From: Octopus bimaculoides
Lineage: Eukaryota
Direction: 5' to 3'
DNA: 38,845 nucleotides
NCBI RefSeq assembly: GCF_001194135.2
Contig: NC_068988.1
Location: 83,844,288 to 83,883,132 of the forward strand
The notes under the pieces are model-generated. The model did no database searches. It saw only the letters and a list, made by a program, of their open reading frames with translations, and was not told the origin of the DNA. Positions within the stretch are counted from its first letter, which is position 1. Every line of letters starts with the position of its first letter. The translations under genes were made by a program, and so were the position numbers. Positions 21,187-32,369 of the stretch are shown piece after piece.

Positions 21187-21483
21187 TTGTTGTTGTTCCT
21201 TCTCGAGTCATGCCTGGCTCATAAAGGCTGGTTTCTTGGTCTCATTGGCATATAGCTTCCCCACCTGGACAGGACACTAGTCCATCACTGGTGAGCTGCT
21301 AGATGCAGGAGGAAAAAGTGAGAGGAAATTGTGGTGAAAGAGTCAGCAGAAGCTTGTCATTACCTTCTGCCGGAGCTGCATGGAACTTAGATGTTTCACT
21401 CATAAACACACACATCACCCGATGTGAGATTTGAACCCACGATCCCTCGACCACAAGTCTGCTACTCTAGACCATGTGCCTCC
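21187..21483 (-). mobile_element. SINE sharing the head of the 19545 SINE but with a different 3' module and (CAA)n tail
   Basis: The first ~190 nt align with the 19924 head and body, then diverge into GATGGACTAGTGTCCTGTCCAGG...GAAACCAGCCTTTATGAGCC. Confidence 0.75.
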
Positions 21484-21515
21484 ACATATATACATTAGTA
21501 GGGTGTTATGTAGAC

Positions 21516-21558
<43 letters not shown>

Positions 21559-21568
21559 TATATATATA

Positions 21569-22828
21569 CAGGGGTTGGACAAAATAATGGAAATACCATA
21601 AAATTTCAAACAAATTTATTTTAATATGGGGTAGGACCACCTTTGGCAGTAATTAAAGCTTGAATTCTATGAGGTATGGACTCATACAAGGTTTAAATTG
21701 TTTCCAAAGGAATTTTTGTCCATTCATCAGCTAAAACAGTCTCCAGTTCTTGTAGTGATGATGGTGGAGGATATCAACTCCTTACTTGTTTTTCTAAAAT
21801 GTACCACAAATGTTCAATAATATTGAGATCTGGGGACTGTGGTGGCCAGATAAGATATTCAACTGCACTAGAATGTTCCTCGTGCCATTCAGTCACACAT
21901 TTAGCCGTATGAGTTGGTGCATTATCATCCTGAAAGATTGTGTTTCCCTATGGAAACAGTTCTGCAACCATAGGATGAATTTGATCAGATAAAATGCTTA
22001 CATTCTGCCACGACGGGAAACCATTGGGCTCACGGATTTCCAAGATATAGCCCCCCCAGTTCATCATAGATCCTCCTCCATGTTTAACAGTTGGAAGAAG
22101 GCAGTCTGGGTCAAATGCTTCTTTGGGCTGTCTCCACATGTATACTTGGCCAGTGGTCAGATATAAGATAAAGGATGACTCATCTGAGTAAATAACATTC
22201 TTCCACTACTCTAGGGACCAAATCTGTAAGTTTTTACTCCACTCTAAATGCTTTGCAACATTTATTTTTGAAAGTAGTGATTTTCTGATTGCAGCCGTCC
22301 CCTGAAATCTGGCTTTGTGCAACTCCCAGCAAGCAGCTTTTGTGGAAACTGGGTTCTCGCGGTAGTCATTAAGCTCTGTAGTAATTTTGGGAGCTGTACT
22401 TTTGTGATCCTTTCTAACAATTCACGTAAGAGTCCGATGTTCCCTATCTGAAAGTTTGTGTTTTCTTCCAGAGTTTTGTTTCAACAAAGAGGTTTTTCCC
22501 ACTTTCTCAAAGGCTGTCATTACTTTTGAGACAGTACTTCTTGATACACCAAACATTTCGGCTGTTTTTTTTTATGCTAATGCCTGCCATACGAGCACCA
22601 ACAATTTGACCTCTTTGAAAGTCCGATAGATCCGTCATTTTAATGAATTTTAATTACTTTTTCCTTATGATATCTGAAAAGAAACAGCAATTTTAGCAAA
22701 ACATATTAAGCAACACTAAAAATAAATCAAAAAGCATAAAAATAAACAAACTTTTGACGGGTTTTATAGATATTTCAAAATTATGATGCTATGATGCTTG
22801 GTGTTTCCATTATTTTATCCAACCCTTG
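21569..22828 (-). mobile_element. Full-length (1260 bp) Tc1-like transposon with D36E spacing; transposase pseudogene (relic CDS 22638-21621)
   Basis: 29-bp TIRs CAGGGGTTGGACAAAATAATGGAAATACC (26/29 match) and TA flanks. Translation: MTDLSDFQRGQIVGAR...YSDES...PTVKHGGGS...FQDDNAPTH...WPPQSPDLNIIEHLW...AKGGPTPY*. Confidence 0.95.
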
Positions 22829-23103
22829 TATATATATATATGTAGGTAAGTGGATATGTAAGTAAACAGGTGGATAATATCTATCCATAAGTACTTAATT
22901 AATATGGACAGTTAAGCACATACACACACATACACACACAAATGAAGACTTAAACACATGACCATATACACACTTCACACACACAAGGACACATTTGAAA
23001 ACACATATCCACACATAACAGATGCACCTACATAGTCACACAAACTCATACACATAAACACACTCAAACATGCACACACAAGGAGACAGAGGTACTCACA
23101 CAA

Positions 23104-23144
<41 letters not shown>

Positions 23145-23461
23145 TGAACACACAAACACATGAATATGCAGAATACATACGTACAAACATACACACACAC
23201 ATACATGCATACACACATACATACATACATACATACATACATACATGTGTATACACATGCACACTAACGTACACACATACACACAAACAAGCAAACAAAC
23301 AAACTGAAAGAACGCAGCTCTGATAATGGACAGAGTCAACAACTATTGAAGAGGTTGCAAGTTGCAGCAGAAATTTTAGAAAAAATAAATAAGTAAATGA
23401 GTGGCAATCGAACCGTAGTGTTAAGTAATAAGGCACTAAAAGAGAATGACTCTCTCCAGAC

Positions 23462-23495
<34 letters not shown>

Positions 23496-24263
23496 GGTGG
23501 TGATGGTGGTGATGGTGGTGATGGTGGTGATGGTGGTGGTTGTGGTGGCAGCTACAGTGATGGTGGCGGCAACAGCAGTGGTGTTTGTGCTGGTGGTGGT
23601 GGTGGTGGTGGGAGCTGTGGCTGTGATATTATGCATGGCTGATCAAGTGAAGGTCCTTATTATCACACAGGCACAGACATCAATGCAAAGAGTGGGTGGG
23701 TGTTGAGGGGATGGTAATATTCAATTGTTGCTGTTGTTACTGTCATTCGGGGAAACAATAACAACATCTGTTATTACATAAGAATTGTCACGCCCTCTGA
23801 AATGTCTTTCATTTATACACCAGATATCAGCTTATAACTTTAAGTACTGGCTAAGTAGTTCATAACTTATATAAATAACTACCATCAACTGCAATTTTAT
23901 CAGAGCAACTATAAGTATACATCGACTTTAGTTATCTTTATTCTTCTACGCGTTATATATATACTTATATATACACACATACATATATAGAGAATTTCCT
24001 TTCCCTTTTGTTTATCATTCCAAATGCAATTTCTAAAGGAAATGTTTAAATTTATTGCAATAATTTTGCTCTTTGGCATATTGGCTTCAGCAACAATTAT
24101 TTCAAAACGTAAGTAAGCTTTTCCAACTGTCAATTTTTTTCAATTCTTTATATTTATTTTTTTTTTCTATTCCATTTTTGCATAAATTGGGATTAAATTG
24201 ACTGGATCAGAATGGATTGAAACTTTTTCACAGAGATTTTTGCTTTTTTCAGTACATTGTTAA

Positions 24264-24713
24264 CCCTTTTGAGACCTATACACCCAACACCACATCTGGG
24301 TTTATGATATAAATTTTCTATTTTAAAGTGATTTCAGTTAAAGCCTGCCTTCAAAATTTCAGGTTTATTTATGTCCCAAACACCTGCTTAATAATCCTTT
24401 ACACTGTAGGCACAAGGCCTGAAACTTTGTGGGAAGGTGATAGTCAATTACATCAAACCCAGCGCTCAGCTGATATTTATTTCATCAATCCCAATAGGAT
24501 GAAAAGCAAAGTCAAACTTGACAGAATTTGAACTCAAAACATAAAGATGGAAAAATGCTACAAAATACTTTGTCTTATGTGTGAACAATTCTGCCACTTT
24601 GCTGCCTATACCTGCTTAATAACAATGCAATTATTTTACTAAATTCTTTATTAATTTCAAAATTAATTGAAACAAAGGTTGGTCATTTTAACAAAAATAT
24701 GGTACCAAAAGGG
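24264..24713. mobile_element. TTAA-flanked MITE (piggyBac-like) with a nested SINE
   Basis: TTAA|CCCTTTTGAGACC ... GGTACCAAAAGGG|TTAA (11/13 inverted match), with no coding sequence. Confidence 0.6.
24395..24609 (-). mobile_element. tRNA-derived SINE (4653 family) with 13-bp TSD
   Basis: TSD acctgcttaataa at 24382-24394 and 24610-24622. B-box-like GAGTTCAAATTC lies on the minus strand. Confidence 0.8.
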
Positions 24714-25407
24714 TTAATGCAATTGTTATTCTTGTTGTTTAACTCCAAGTTAGTTCTAATGGGTCAGGTCTTTGGTCAAAAGCATTCCATGAATGACCAC
24801 CCCATATTTTTTTTTATTTTTAAGCATAGTGCATCTTACACAATGTTCTTTTAAAAATGGAAAAGTATGATTTGAGGGTTATTTGGCTGTTATTTCTAGC
24901 AGACCCAGCAAAATGTAGAGGCTCCCTTGTAAGCAATTGTTATTTAGCCCTTGGTAAAACTGATCAAGCAGACCTATGATCAGCAGTATTTAACCTACAA
25001 TCATTGCAACACTTGGGGGAATGTCTTAGACTCTATTATTTAATTTATCCTTCTCATTTTCAAGGCATGAATCCTGGTTGCTATTTCTAACAGCTTTTTT
25101 GATCATGTTCAGGTTCCAGCTTAATAATTATTACAGCTGATTGCCTCTTTCTAGTGATATCTTCTCAACCATGAATCACCAGAAATAAAATAATTATAAG
25201 TTATGAATGTTACCATTCATTTTTTCCCAAATACAAGTAATTCTAACAATGGCAACAGATCACATTCAGAAGATAATAATATCTATAATAATCTCCTGTA
25301 AGAGTCATTATAGTCAGTATAAAAACATACACACAAACATGAATGCATGTGTGTGTGTGTGAGCGCATAAATACATATACTTATATATGCACACATATAT
25401 ATATATA

Positions 25408-25438
<31 letters not shown>

Positions 25439-25439
25439 G

Positions 25440-25560
25440 GGAGAATGTACGAAAAAAAACAACAACAGACGAGGACAGGTGGTGTAAACAACAAAAGGAT
25501 GTATTAGTATGACGCTCGGGAATACGGAAAGCCTTTAACGTTTCGAGCTACGCTCTTCAT
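25440..25560 (-). mobile_element. Probable Penelope-like pLTR remnant with 5'-truncated hammerhead motif
   Basis: The minus strand reads ATGA-A-GAGC(gta)GCTC-GAAACGT-T-AAAGGC; the CTG and the 5' strand of helix I are replaced by (TA)n. Confidence 0.5.
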
Positions 25561-26131
25561 GTATATATATATATATATATGACAGTCTGTTAAAGNNNNN
25601 NNNNNNNNNNNNNNNNNNNNNNNNNNNNNNNNNNNNNNNNNNNNNNNNNNNNNNNNNNNNNNNNNNNNNNNNNNNNNNNNNNNNNNNNNNNNNNNNNNNN
25701 NNNNNNNNNNNNNNNNNNNNNNNNNNNNNNNNNNNNNNNNNNNNNNNNNNNNNNNNNNNNNNNNNNNNNNNNNNNNNNNNNNNNNNNNNNNNNNNNNNNN
25801 NNNNNNNNNNNNNNNNNNNNNNNNNNNNNNNNNNNNNNNNNNNNNNNNNNNNNNNNNNNNNNNNNNNNNNNNNNNNNNNNNNNNNNNNNNNNNNNNNNNN
25901 NNNNNNNNNNNNNNNNNNNNNNNNNNNNNNNNNNNNNNNNNNNNNNNNNNNNNNNNNNNNNNNNNNNNNNNNNNNNNNNNNNNNNNNNNNNNNNNNNNNN
26001 NNNNNNNNNNNNNNNNNNNNNNNNNNNNNNNNNNNNNNNNNNNNNNNNNNNNNNNNNNNNNNNNNNNNNNNNNNNNNNNNNNNNNNNNNNNNNNNNNNNN
26101 NNNNNNNNNNNNNNNNNNNNNNNNNNNNNNN

Positions 26132-26166
<35 letters not shown>

Positions 26167-26181
26167 CATAAAATACATATT

Positions 26182-27908
26182 CAGTAATCCCTCAACTATC
26201 ACCTTATCTACTGCAGAGTGGTGCATTTCACCAGGAGAGAATCCTTTGTAGCCATGGACTACTTCTGGCCACAATTTCTTCCAGCTGGCATTCAAAGTTT
26301 CATTCTTCATCTCCTTTATGGGCTTCTGAATATTTTGGAGACACATTGCAATGGTGTACCCATGCCAGTACTCCTTCAGCAAGAAGTTATCATATGGGTC
26401 CATAGCCTCGACCAGGTGTTGCAGGGAGTTTCACATATAGAGCGCCTTAAAAGCACAAACAATGCCTTGGTCCATGGGCTGGATCAATGATGTGATGTTC
26501 TGCAGTAAGAATTCGATTTGCATGCCCTCATACTACAAGTCAAGCGCGTGACCTCTAGCATTGTCCATTAGGAGAAGCACATTGAATTCTAGTCCTTTTT
26601 TGACAAGATAAAGCTTGACTTCGGAGATGAAGCGCTGGTGCAACCAATCAGATGTCAGTGGTTTTGTTATCCATGCCTTATGAATGTGCATCTAATGCAC
26701 TGGCAGCAGGTTCTTATTTTTGTTTTTGAGGGCCCTTGGGTTTTGGAACTTATAGATAAGCCCTGGCTTTATCATAAAACCCGCAGCATTTCCACATATT
26801 AGAATTGTGATGCGATCTTTGTACGCCTTAAATTTAGGGTCTCTGGCCTCCTCCTTTGTAATGAAAGTCTGTGATGGTATCTGTTTCCTAAAGAGGCCAG
26901 TCTCATCCATATTGAAAACTTGTTTATGTGAATATCACCCTTCCTCAACGATGGTCTTGAACGTCTCATTCATGTACTCCTCAGTGACGGGTTTGTCAGC
27001 AGAGGCAGGTTCTCCATGCAGGTTCTCTTAAGGCTGAACCTCCTTTGAAATTTATCAAACCAGCCCCTGCTGGCATTAAATTCAGTTGGTTTGGTAGGAG
27101 ATACCATAGATGGTCCTGGTTCAGGGTCATCTAGGTTGTCGTCATCACCATCGGTAAACTTGTACAGCTGCCTGGCCTTCTCATGGATGGTGTTAATATC
27201 CAGTGCAATGTTCTTCCCGCAGTCACTGATCCAAAGGGTTAATGCAGACTCCATCCTTACGATGGCCTTATTGCAGGAAGTTACCACCCTTTTTGCTGTC
27301 TTGATAAACGTTACTTTTGCTGTCTCCTTTATCTTTTTGTCTTTCTTGATGTAGCAAACAGTAGATTCAATGATGCAATAATGGCGGCCTACATCCTTCT
27401 CCCTTCCTTAAGCATGTCGAGGAGTCTCACCTTCTTTGTTATGGTAAGTGTCTTCCTCTGGCACTTGGGTTCACTGCCAGAAGCCTTATAAGGTGCAGAA
27501 CATTTGGGTGACATTGTAGGGCTTGAAATAAATTCACAATTTTATTCACAAATGCAAAGCAGCACCACGCACCACACATTCACCTCCAGAGTTTTGTTTT
27601 CCATACAGTATGTGTGATTCTTTGTTTACTCATCTATGGTACACTACGTATTTTCTTTTAATATGTTTTAATTAATGTGTTATACAGTGCAGTACTGTAC
27701 TGTATTTTTATGTATTAATTTATTGATTTTTAGGCATGAAAATGCTTATTTTACCACAAAAATAATTAAAATCTAAAAAAATATAAATACTTATTGGCTG
27801 CAGAAACATGCAATATACCAAGGAGTATAATTTACATATTTTAGCCAGAAAAATCCGCAATGTACTGAGGGTGGGATAGGTGAACTGTGGCATGGTGAGT
27901 GATTACTG
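26182..27908 (-). mobile_element. pogo/Tigger (Tigger1/TIGD1-like) DNA transposon, pseudogenised, with 3' deletion
   Basis: CENP-B-like HTH (RMESALTLWISDC...IHEKARQLY...FNASRGWFDKFQRR) plus DDE_1 (MDETGLF...KDRITILICGNAAG...LLLMDNARGH...LIQPMDQGIV...LNASWKKLWP). Termini begin CAGTAATC(C/A)CTCA. Confidence 0.9.
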
Positions 27909-28002
27909 TATATGTTTCTATATACAAAAACACTTGCAGACACATATAATATATTTACTCTGGGCACACATATGTGAGTGCGTGCGTATGTGTGTGTGTG
28001 TT

Positions 28003-28055
<53 letters not shown>

Positions 28056-28125
28056 ACATATATACATAATATATATACATGATATCTCATTCCATAACTG
28101 CGATCTCCAAAGAGCTCAGGGTTAC

Positions 28126-29118
28126 AATTTTGTAAAATCATATAGAGGTTGTGCACTAGCAGACAAGGCACCACCTATGAAATACCAGTCATGGCCTGAA
28201 ATGGATAGTTTGTGGTCCAGGGTACATATAGACTACACTGGACCAGTGAATGGCGGGTACTACTTGATCATCGTTGATAGCTTTACCAAATGGCCAGAAG
28301 TATGAAGGTGCAGTCAACCTATCACAAAGGCAACAATAAAGTTCCTGAATGAACTTTTTGCTCAATACGGTTTTCTGGACATCATAGCATCAGACAATGG
28401 AACACAATTTACAGGATACGAGTTCACGAAATTCTGCAAAATGTATGTAATCAAGCACATGCTGAACCCTAACCCTAACCCTAACCCTAACCCTAACCCT
28501 AACCCTAACCCTACTACCCGAGGTCAAATGGATTAGTAGAATGATTCATAGATACTTTCAAGTGAGTGCTAAAAAAAGCAAGGAATGAGTTAAGAAGTGA
28601 TGAAGCACAAACTAAATTCTTAAGGGTGTACAGAATAACATCCAATCTGAATACCAGTTCAGGCAAGTTGCCCACAGAGCTAATGTTTGCTCGAAAGATT
28701 AAATCAATTTTTGACAAATTGTTGCCAAAGGAAAAATCGTATAGAGAAAATACAAAAAAATTCAACTAAACATTTTGATGTTGGAGACAAAGTCCATTTC
28801 AAAGTATACAAGAATGGTAAAGAGAGTTGGCACAATGATGTAGTGACTAAAAGAATTGGAAACATGATGTATTTAATAAAAGGCCAATGATGGGAGCATA
28901 AACGCCACCTAAATCAATTAAAAATCAGACATACAGAAGAAAGGAAGGAAATTCCAATGGAAGTGTTTTATGACATATTCAATGTGCCAGCACTGAAAGA
29001 GATTGAACCTAGAAGGAGCAGTAACAGAAAATGTAAACAGACTGAATATTTAAAAATAATTCCTAAGCAGAAAAGGTACTGACCTCCCAAAGGAAGCAAA
29101 ATTTCAAAATGGGAGAGG
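28126..29118 (+). mobile_element. Ty3/Gypsy integrase region to polypurine tract, decayed
   Basis: KSYRGC...WSRVHIDYTGPVNGGYYLIIVDSFTKWPEV...IASDNGTQFTG...PYYPRSNGLVE*F...PTELMFARKI...KRHLNQLK. PPT-like GGGAGAGG at 29111-29118. Confidence 0.9.
28465..28512 (-). repeat. Interstitial telomeric repeat, (TTAGGG)8 on minus strand
   Basis: Eight perfect AACCCT units inside the integrase relic. Confidence 0.97.
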
Positions 29119-29468
29119 TGTTGGAAAGAAAGATAAAAGAATAATAATAAAATAAATTTCATTTCTTACAGAAGTCGAAATCTCAAAAGGAGAGATGTAA
29201 CAAGAGTCACAACAACCCCTGCAGGGAAAGACTTGATCGAATGACTATAAATAGTAGTGGTCTGAGTGAGAGGTAGTTGGTATTAATCACAAGAAGTCGT
29301 AAGGTGTCATCTTGGTAGTTGTTGGAATACTGTTTGCTGGTTCGTATATAGTTAGTGAAGAGTTTGTTGGATTGTTACGTTGTTGTTATCCTGCTTCATT
29401 ATATATTTTATTGTTACTAAAAGGTTATAGTGTTAAGAAGTATCATCATAAATAGTGGCAATACAACA
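29119..29468 (+). mobile_element. Gypsy LTR (~350 bp)
   Basis: It starts TGTTG directly after the PPT and ends CAACA (inverted termini). TATAAA lies at 29246-29251, and a PBS-like TGGCAACGAG follows at 29474-29483. Confidence 0.7.
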
Positions 29469-29761
29469 ATAATTGGCAACGAGTAACTACATTACATTAA
29501 TAACCATCCGGTTACTTAATATCTGGTGCAAAACCAGTTGATAAGATCAGCTGTAATGGATTTAAATCTTGCATACTTTCATTAATATTCCTACTCTGTT
29601 GATAAATATATGAATGCCAATTTTTTTCTGATTTATTAATTGTAAGACAACTCTGTCTGTCTGTCTGTCTGTCTATGTATCTTTATATATCCGCATGTGT
29701 ATGTGTATATGTATATTAATATTCATATATACATGTGTATATATATATATATATATATATC

Positions 29762-30370
29762 TACAAAAAGTTTTCAAAAAGTTTTCATTGTTCTTGACAC
29801 AAACAAGGAGATCTTGTGCAACTGAAACGCAAGTGTCTTTTTGCTCGGCTGAAAGCAGTTTTGGCACAAACTTGGCAGATACACATCTTATACCCAAATC
29901 TTCAGTGATAATGGACTGAACTGAACTCTAACTAATCTGCATATCCTCTGATAACTCACGAATGGTGATTTGATGATTTCCCCTCACAGCTGCACGAACA
30001 TCTGCAATGTTTTTCTCAGTTCTACTGGTTGAGGGTCTCCCAGAACGTTTGTCACTATCGACATATTTTCAGCAATCTTGTAAACGTGTGATCCACCCGT
30101 ACATTTGTGTGTGGCTCATACACTCCTCTCCATACACTTTCTGCAACTTTATGTAGGCCTCTGAGCAGGTATCGCCATGATAAATTTCTCTGTCATGGTC
30201 AACGCAACGATTACACACTACATAGGTTCTTTTGAAGCACTACTGTAAACAATGGAAGTGAGCTAGAATGTTAAAACTTAATGCACATACACAGCAGAGT
30301 CCAAGGTCAATCTGTACTAAACAGCTTCATTACTATGGCAACAGTCTGGATACTTATTGATCAGACCTCG
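29762..30370 (-). mobile_element. 5' half of a mariner transposon
   Basis: TIR TA|CGAGGTCTGATCAATAAGTATCCAGACT. Translation: SDKRSGRPSTSRTEKNIADVRAAVRGNHQITIREL...GIRCVSAKFVPKLLSAEQK...; truncated at (TA)n. Confidence 0.85.
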
Positions 30371-30372
30371 TA

Positions 30373-30465
<93 letters not shown>

Positions 30466-30509
30466 TCGAAGAATATATATATTTGAAGAAAAGCAACAAA
30501 AATGCATTA

Positions 30510-30550
30510 GGTTATAGCAGTACGTACGAAACGTACGTACTGCTATAACC
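30510..30550. repeat. Perfect inverted repeat, 19-bp arms with 3-nt loop, abutting gap
   Basis: ggttatagcagtacgtacg-aaa-cgtacgtactgctataacc. Confidence 0.95.
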
Positions 30551-31224
30551 NNNNNNNNNNNNNNNNNNNNNNNNNNNNNNNNNNNNNNNNNNNNNNNNNN
30601 NNNNNNNNNNNNNNNNNNNNNNNNNNNNNNNNNNNNNNNNNNNNNNNNNNNNNNNNNNNNNNNNNNNNNNNNNNNNNNNNNNNNNNNNNNNNNNNNNNNN
30701 NNNNNNNNNNNNNNNNNNNNNNNNNNNNNNNNNNNNNNNNNNNNNNNNNNNNNNNNNNNNNNNNNNNNNNNNNNNNNNNNNNNNNNNNNNNNNNNNNNNN
30801 NNNNNNNNNNNNNNNNNNNNNNNNNNNNNNNNNNNNNNNNNNNNNNNNNNNNNNNNNNNNNNNNNNNNNNNNNNNNNNNNNNNNNNNNNNNNNNNNNNNN
30901 NNNNNNNNNNNNNNNNNNNNNNNNNNNNNNNNNNNNNNNNNNNNNNNNNNNNNNNNNNNNNNNNNNNNNNNNNNNNNNNNNNNNNNNNNNNNNNNNNNNN
31001 NNNNNNNNNNNNNNNNNNNNNNNNNNNNNNNNNNNNNNNNNNNNNNNNNNNNNNNNNNNNNTATACATATACATATACATACATACATACATACATACAT
31101 ACATACATACATACATGTATGTACGTATGTATGTATGTATGTATGTATGTATGTATAGTTGATAGCTTCTGTTCCCTAAAAAATCTAATTAGTAGTGGAT
31201 GTGGGAGATCTAAAATATAGTAAC

Positions 31225-31700
31225 CAGAGTTAGAACTGGCTAGAAAAAGTTCAAGAACCAATTAAAACTATTGGCTACAATGGGTTTCTTCCTCAAAGTG
31301 TAGAGCAGATTGTGAGCAAAGTGTGATGCATGATAGTGAGACATGAGCCTAGGGTACATGAGTCTAGGATCTATGTAGGCTAGAAAGAAATGAAGTAAGC
31401 ATGCTCTTCTGGATGTGTAACGTTAGTGTGCATGAAAGACAGAGCATAAAAAGCTGAAGGAAAAAAGAACTGAACATAAGAAGAATCAGAGGAAGTGTAC
31501 AAGAGAGAAGAGTGTTTGAATGAGTGTTGGAAAGATGCATATGAAGGGGGGGGGGCGGTGGATAAAGATGTGCTGTGCAGTCAAAGTAAATGGAACTTGT
31601 AGAAGGAGAGTGAGGGAGACTTGAGATGAAGTAAAGGCAGATCCGAAGCTGTTACATCTCATTGAGGAAATGACAAAGGACTGTGTTGACCAGTAATGCA
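31225..31700 (+). mobile_element. Old RTE-like ORF C-terminal fragment
   Basis: VMHDSET*...RLERNEVSMLFWMCNVSVHERQS parallels MLHGSETW...RNEASMLRWMCNV at 38510-38610. Confidence 0.7.
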
Positions 31701-32369
31701 TGGTGGGGGAGAAGGGGATCTGCTTGCTTATCAAGACATAGCTAAGCAGGAGCTAAATTATGTATATTTTGTATGTATACAGATATATACTGCTTAGCAT
31801 ATGTACGTACATACGTGCACATATACATGCATTCATATCTATATCTTCCAACTCTCAAGTCGGTTTCTTTGATGACCTTTCACCTCTCTAACAGCCATAT
31901 CACTCTACTATATTGTCAGTTTGCCTTAGAAAGATAGTGGATCTCTGCTGTTCATCACTTATTGCACTCTCTCATTCATGCCTTTATTGCTTGTCTTCTG
32001 TTTGCTATACATTGCCTATTGCTCAACTCTCAATCACTGCCTCTTCTCAGTTCCAACTGTACTATGCTTTCTGTGTGACCAAGGATGGCTGTGAGTCTTG
32101 TCTGTTACTTTACTTCCAATGTAACTAGGGAGAATTCTGTATCTATACCGAGCCTGTCCCTGACACTTCTTTGTGCCATTCACTAGTGCAGGGCTCATCT
32201 ACTTACCATTCCCCTTGCCACCACCCTCATCTCTTGACCCCTCTGGCCCATTTTAAAACCTATATACAGGTGGCTAGATTGGATCACTTATGCCCAGTTC
32301 ACTTTACTTTCACCCTTCCCCTTGTACTGCCTGCCATTACTTTGTGGTACTCTGTTAGTGTACATCTGT

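Noticed and set aside
22975-23706. CVCV, YIYI, HTHT and MVVM ORFs here and throughout the window
   Set aside because: They are translations of (TG)n, (TA)n, (CATA)n and (GGT)n microsatellites.
28465-28512. True chromosome end
   Set aside because: Only 8 units are present, with collinear integrase sequence on both sides, so the tract is interstitial.
31913-32128. RKIVDLCC as an RTE endonuclease N-terminus
   Set aside because: It is a single short motif with no flanking endonuclease motifs in any frame.
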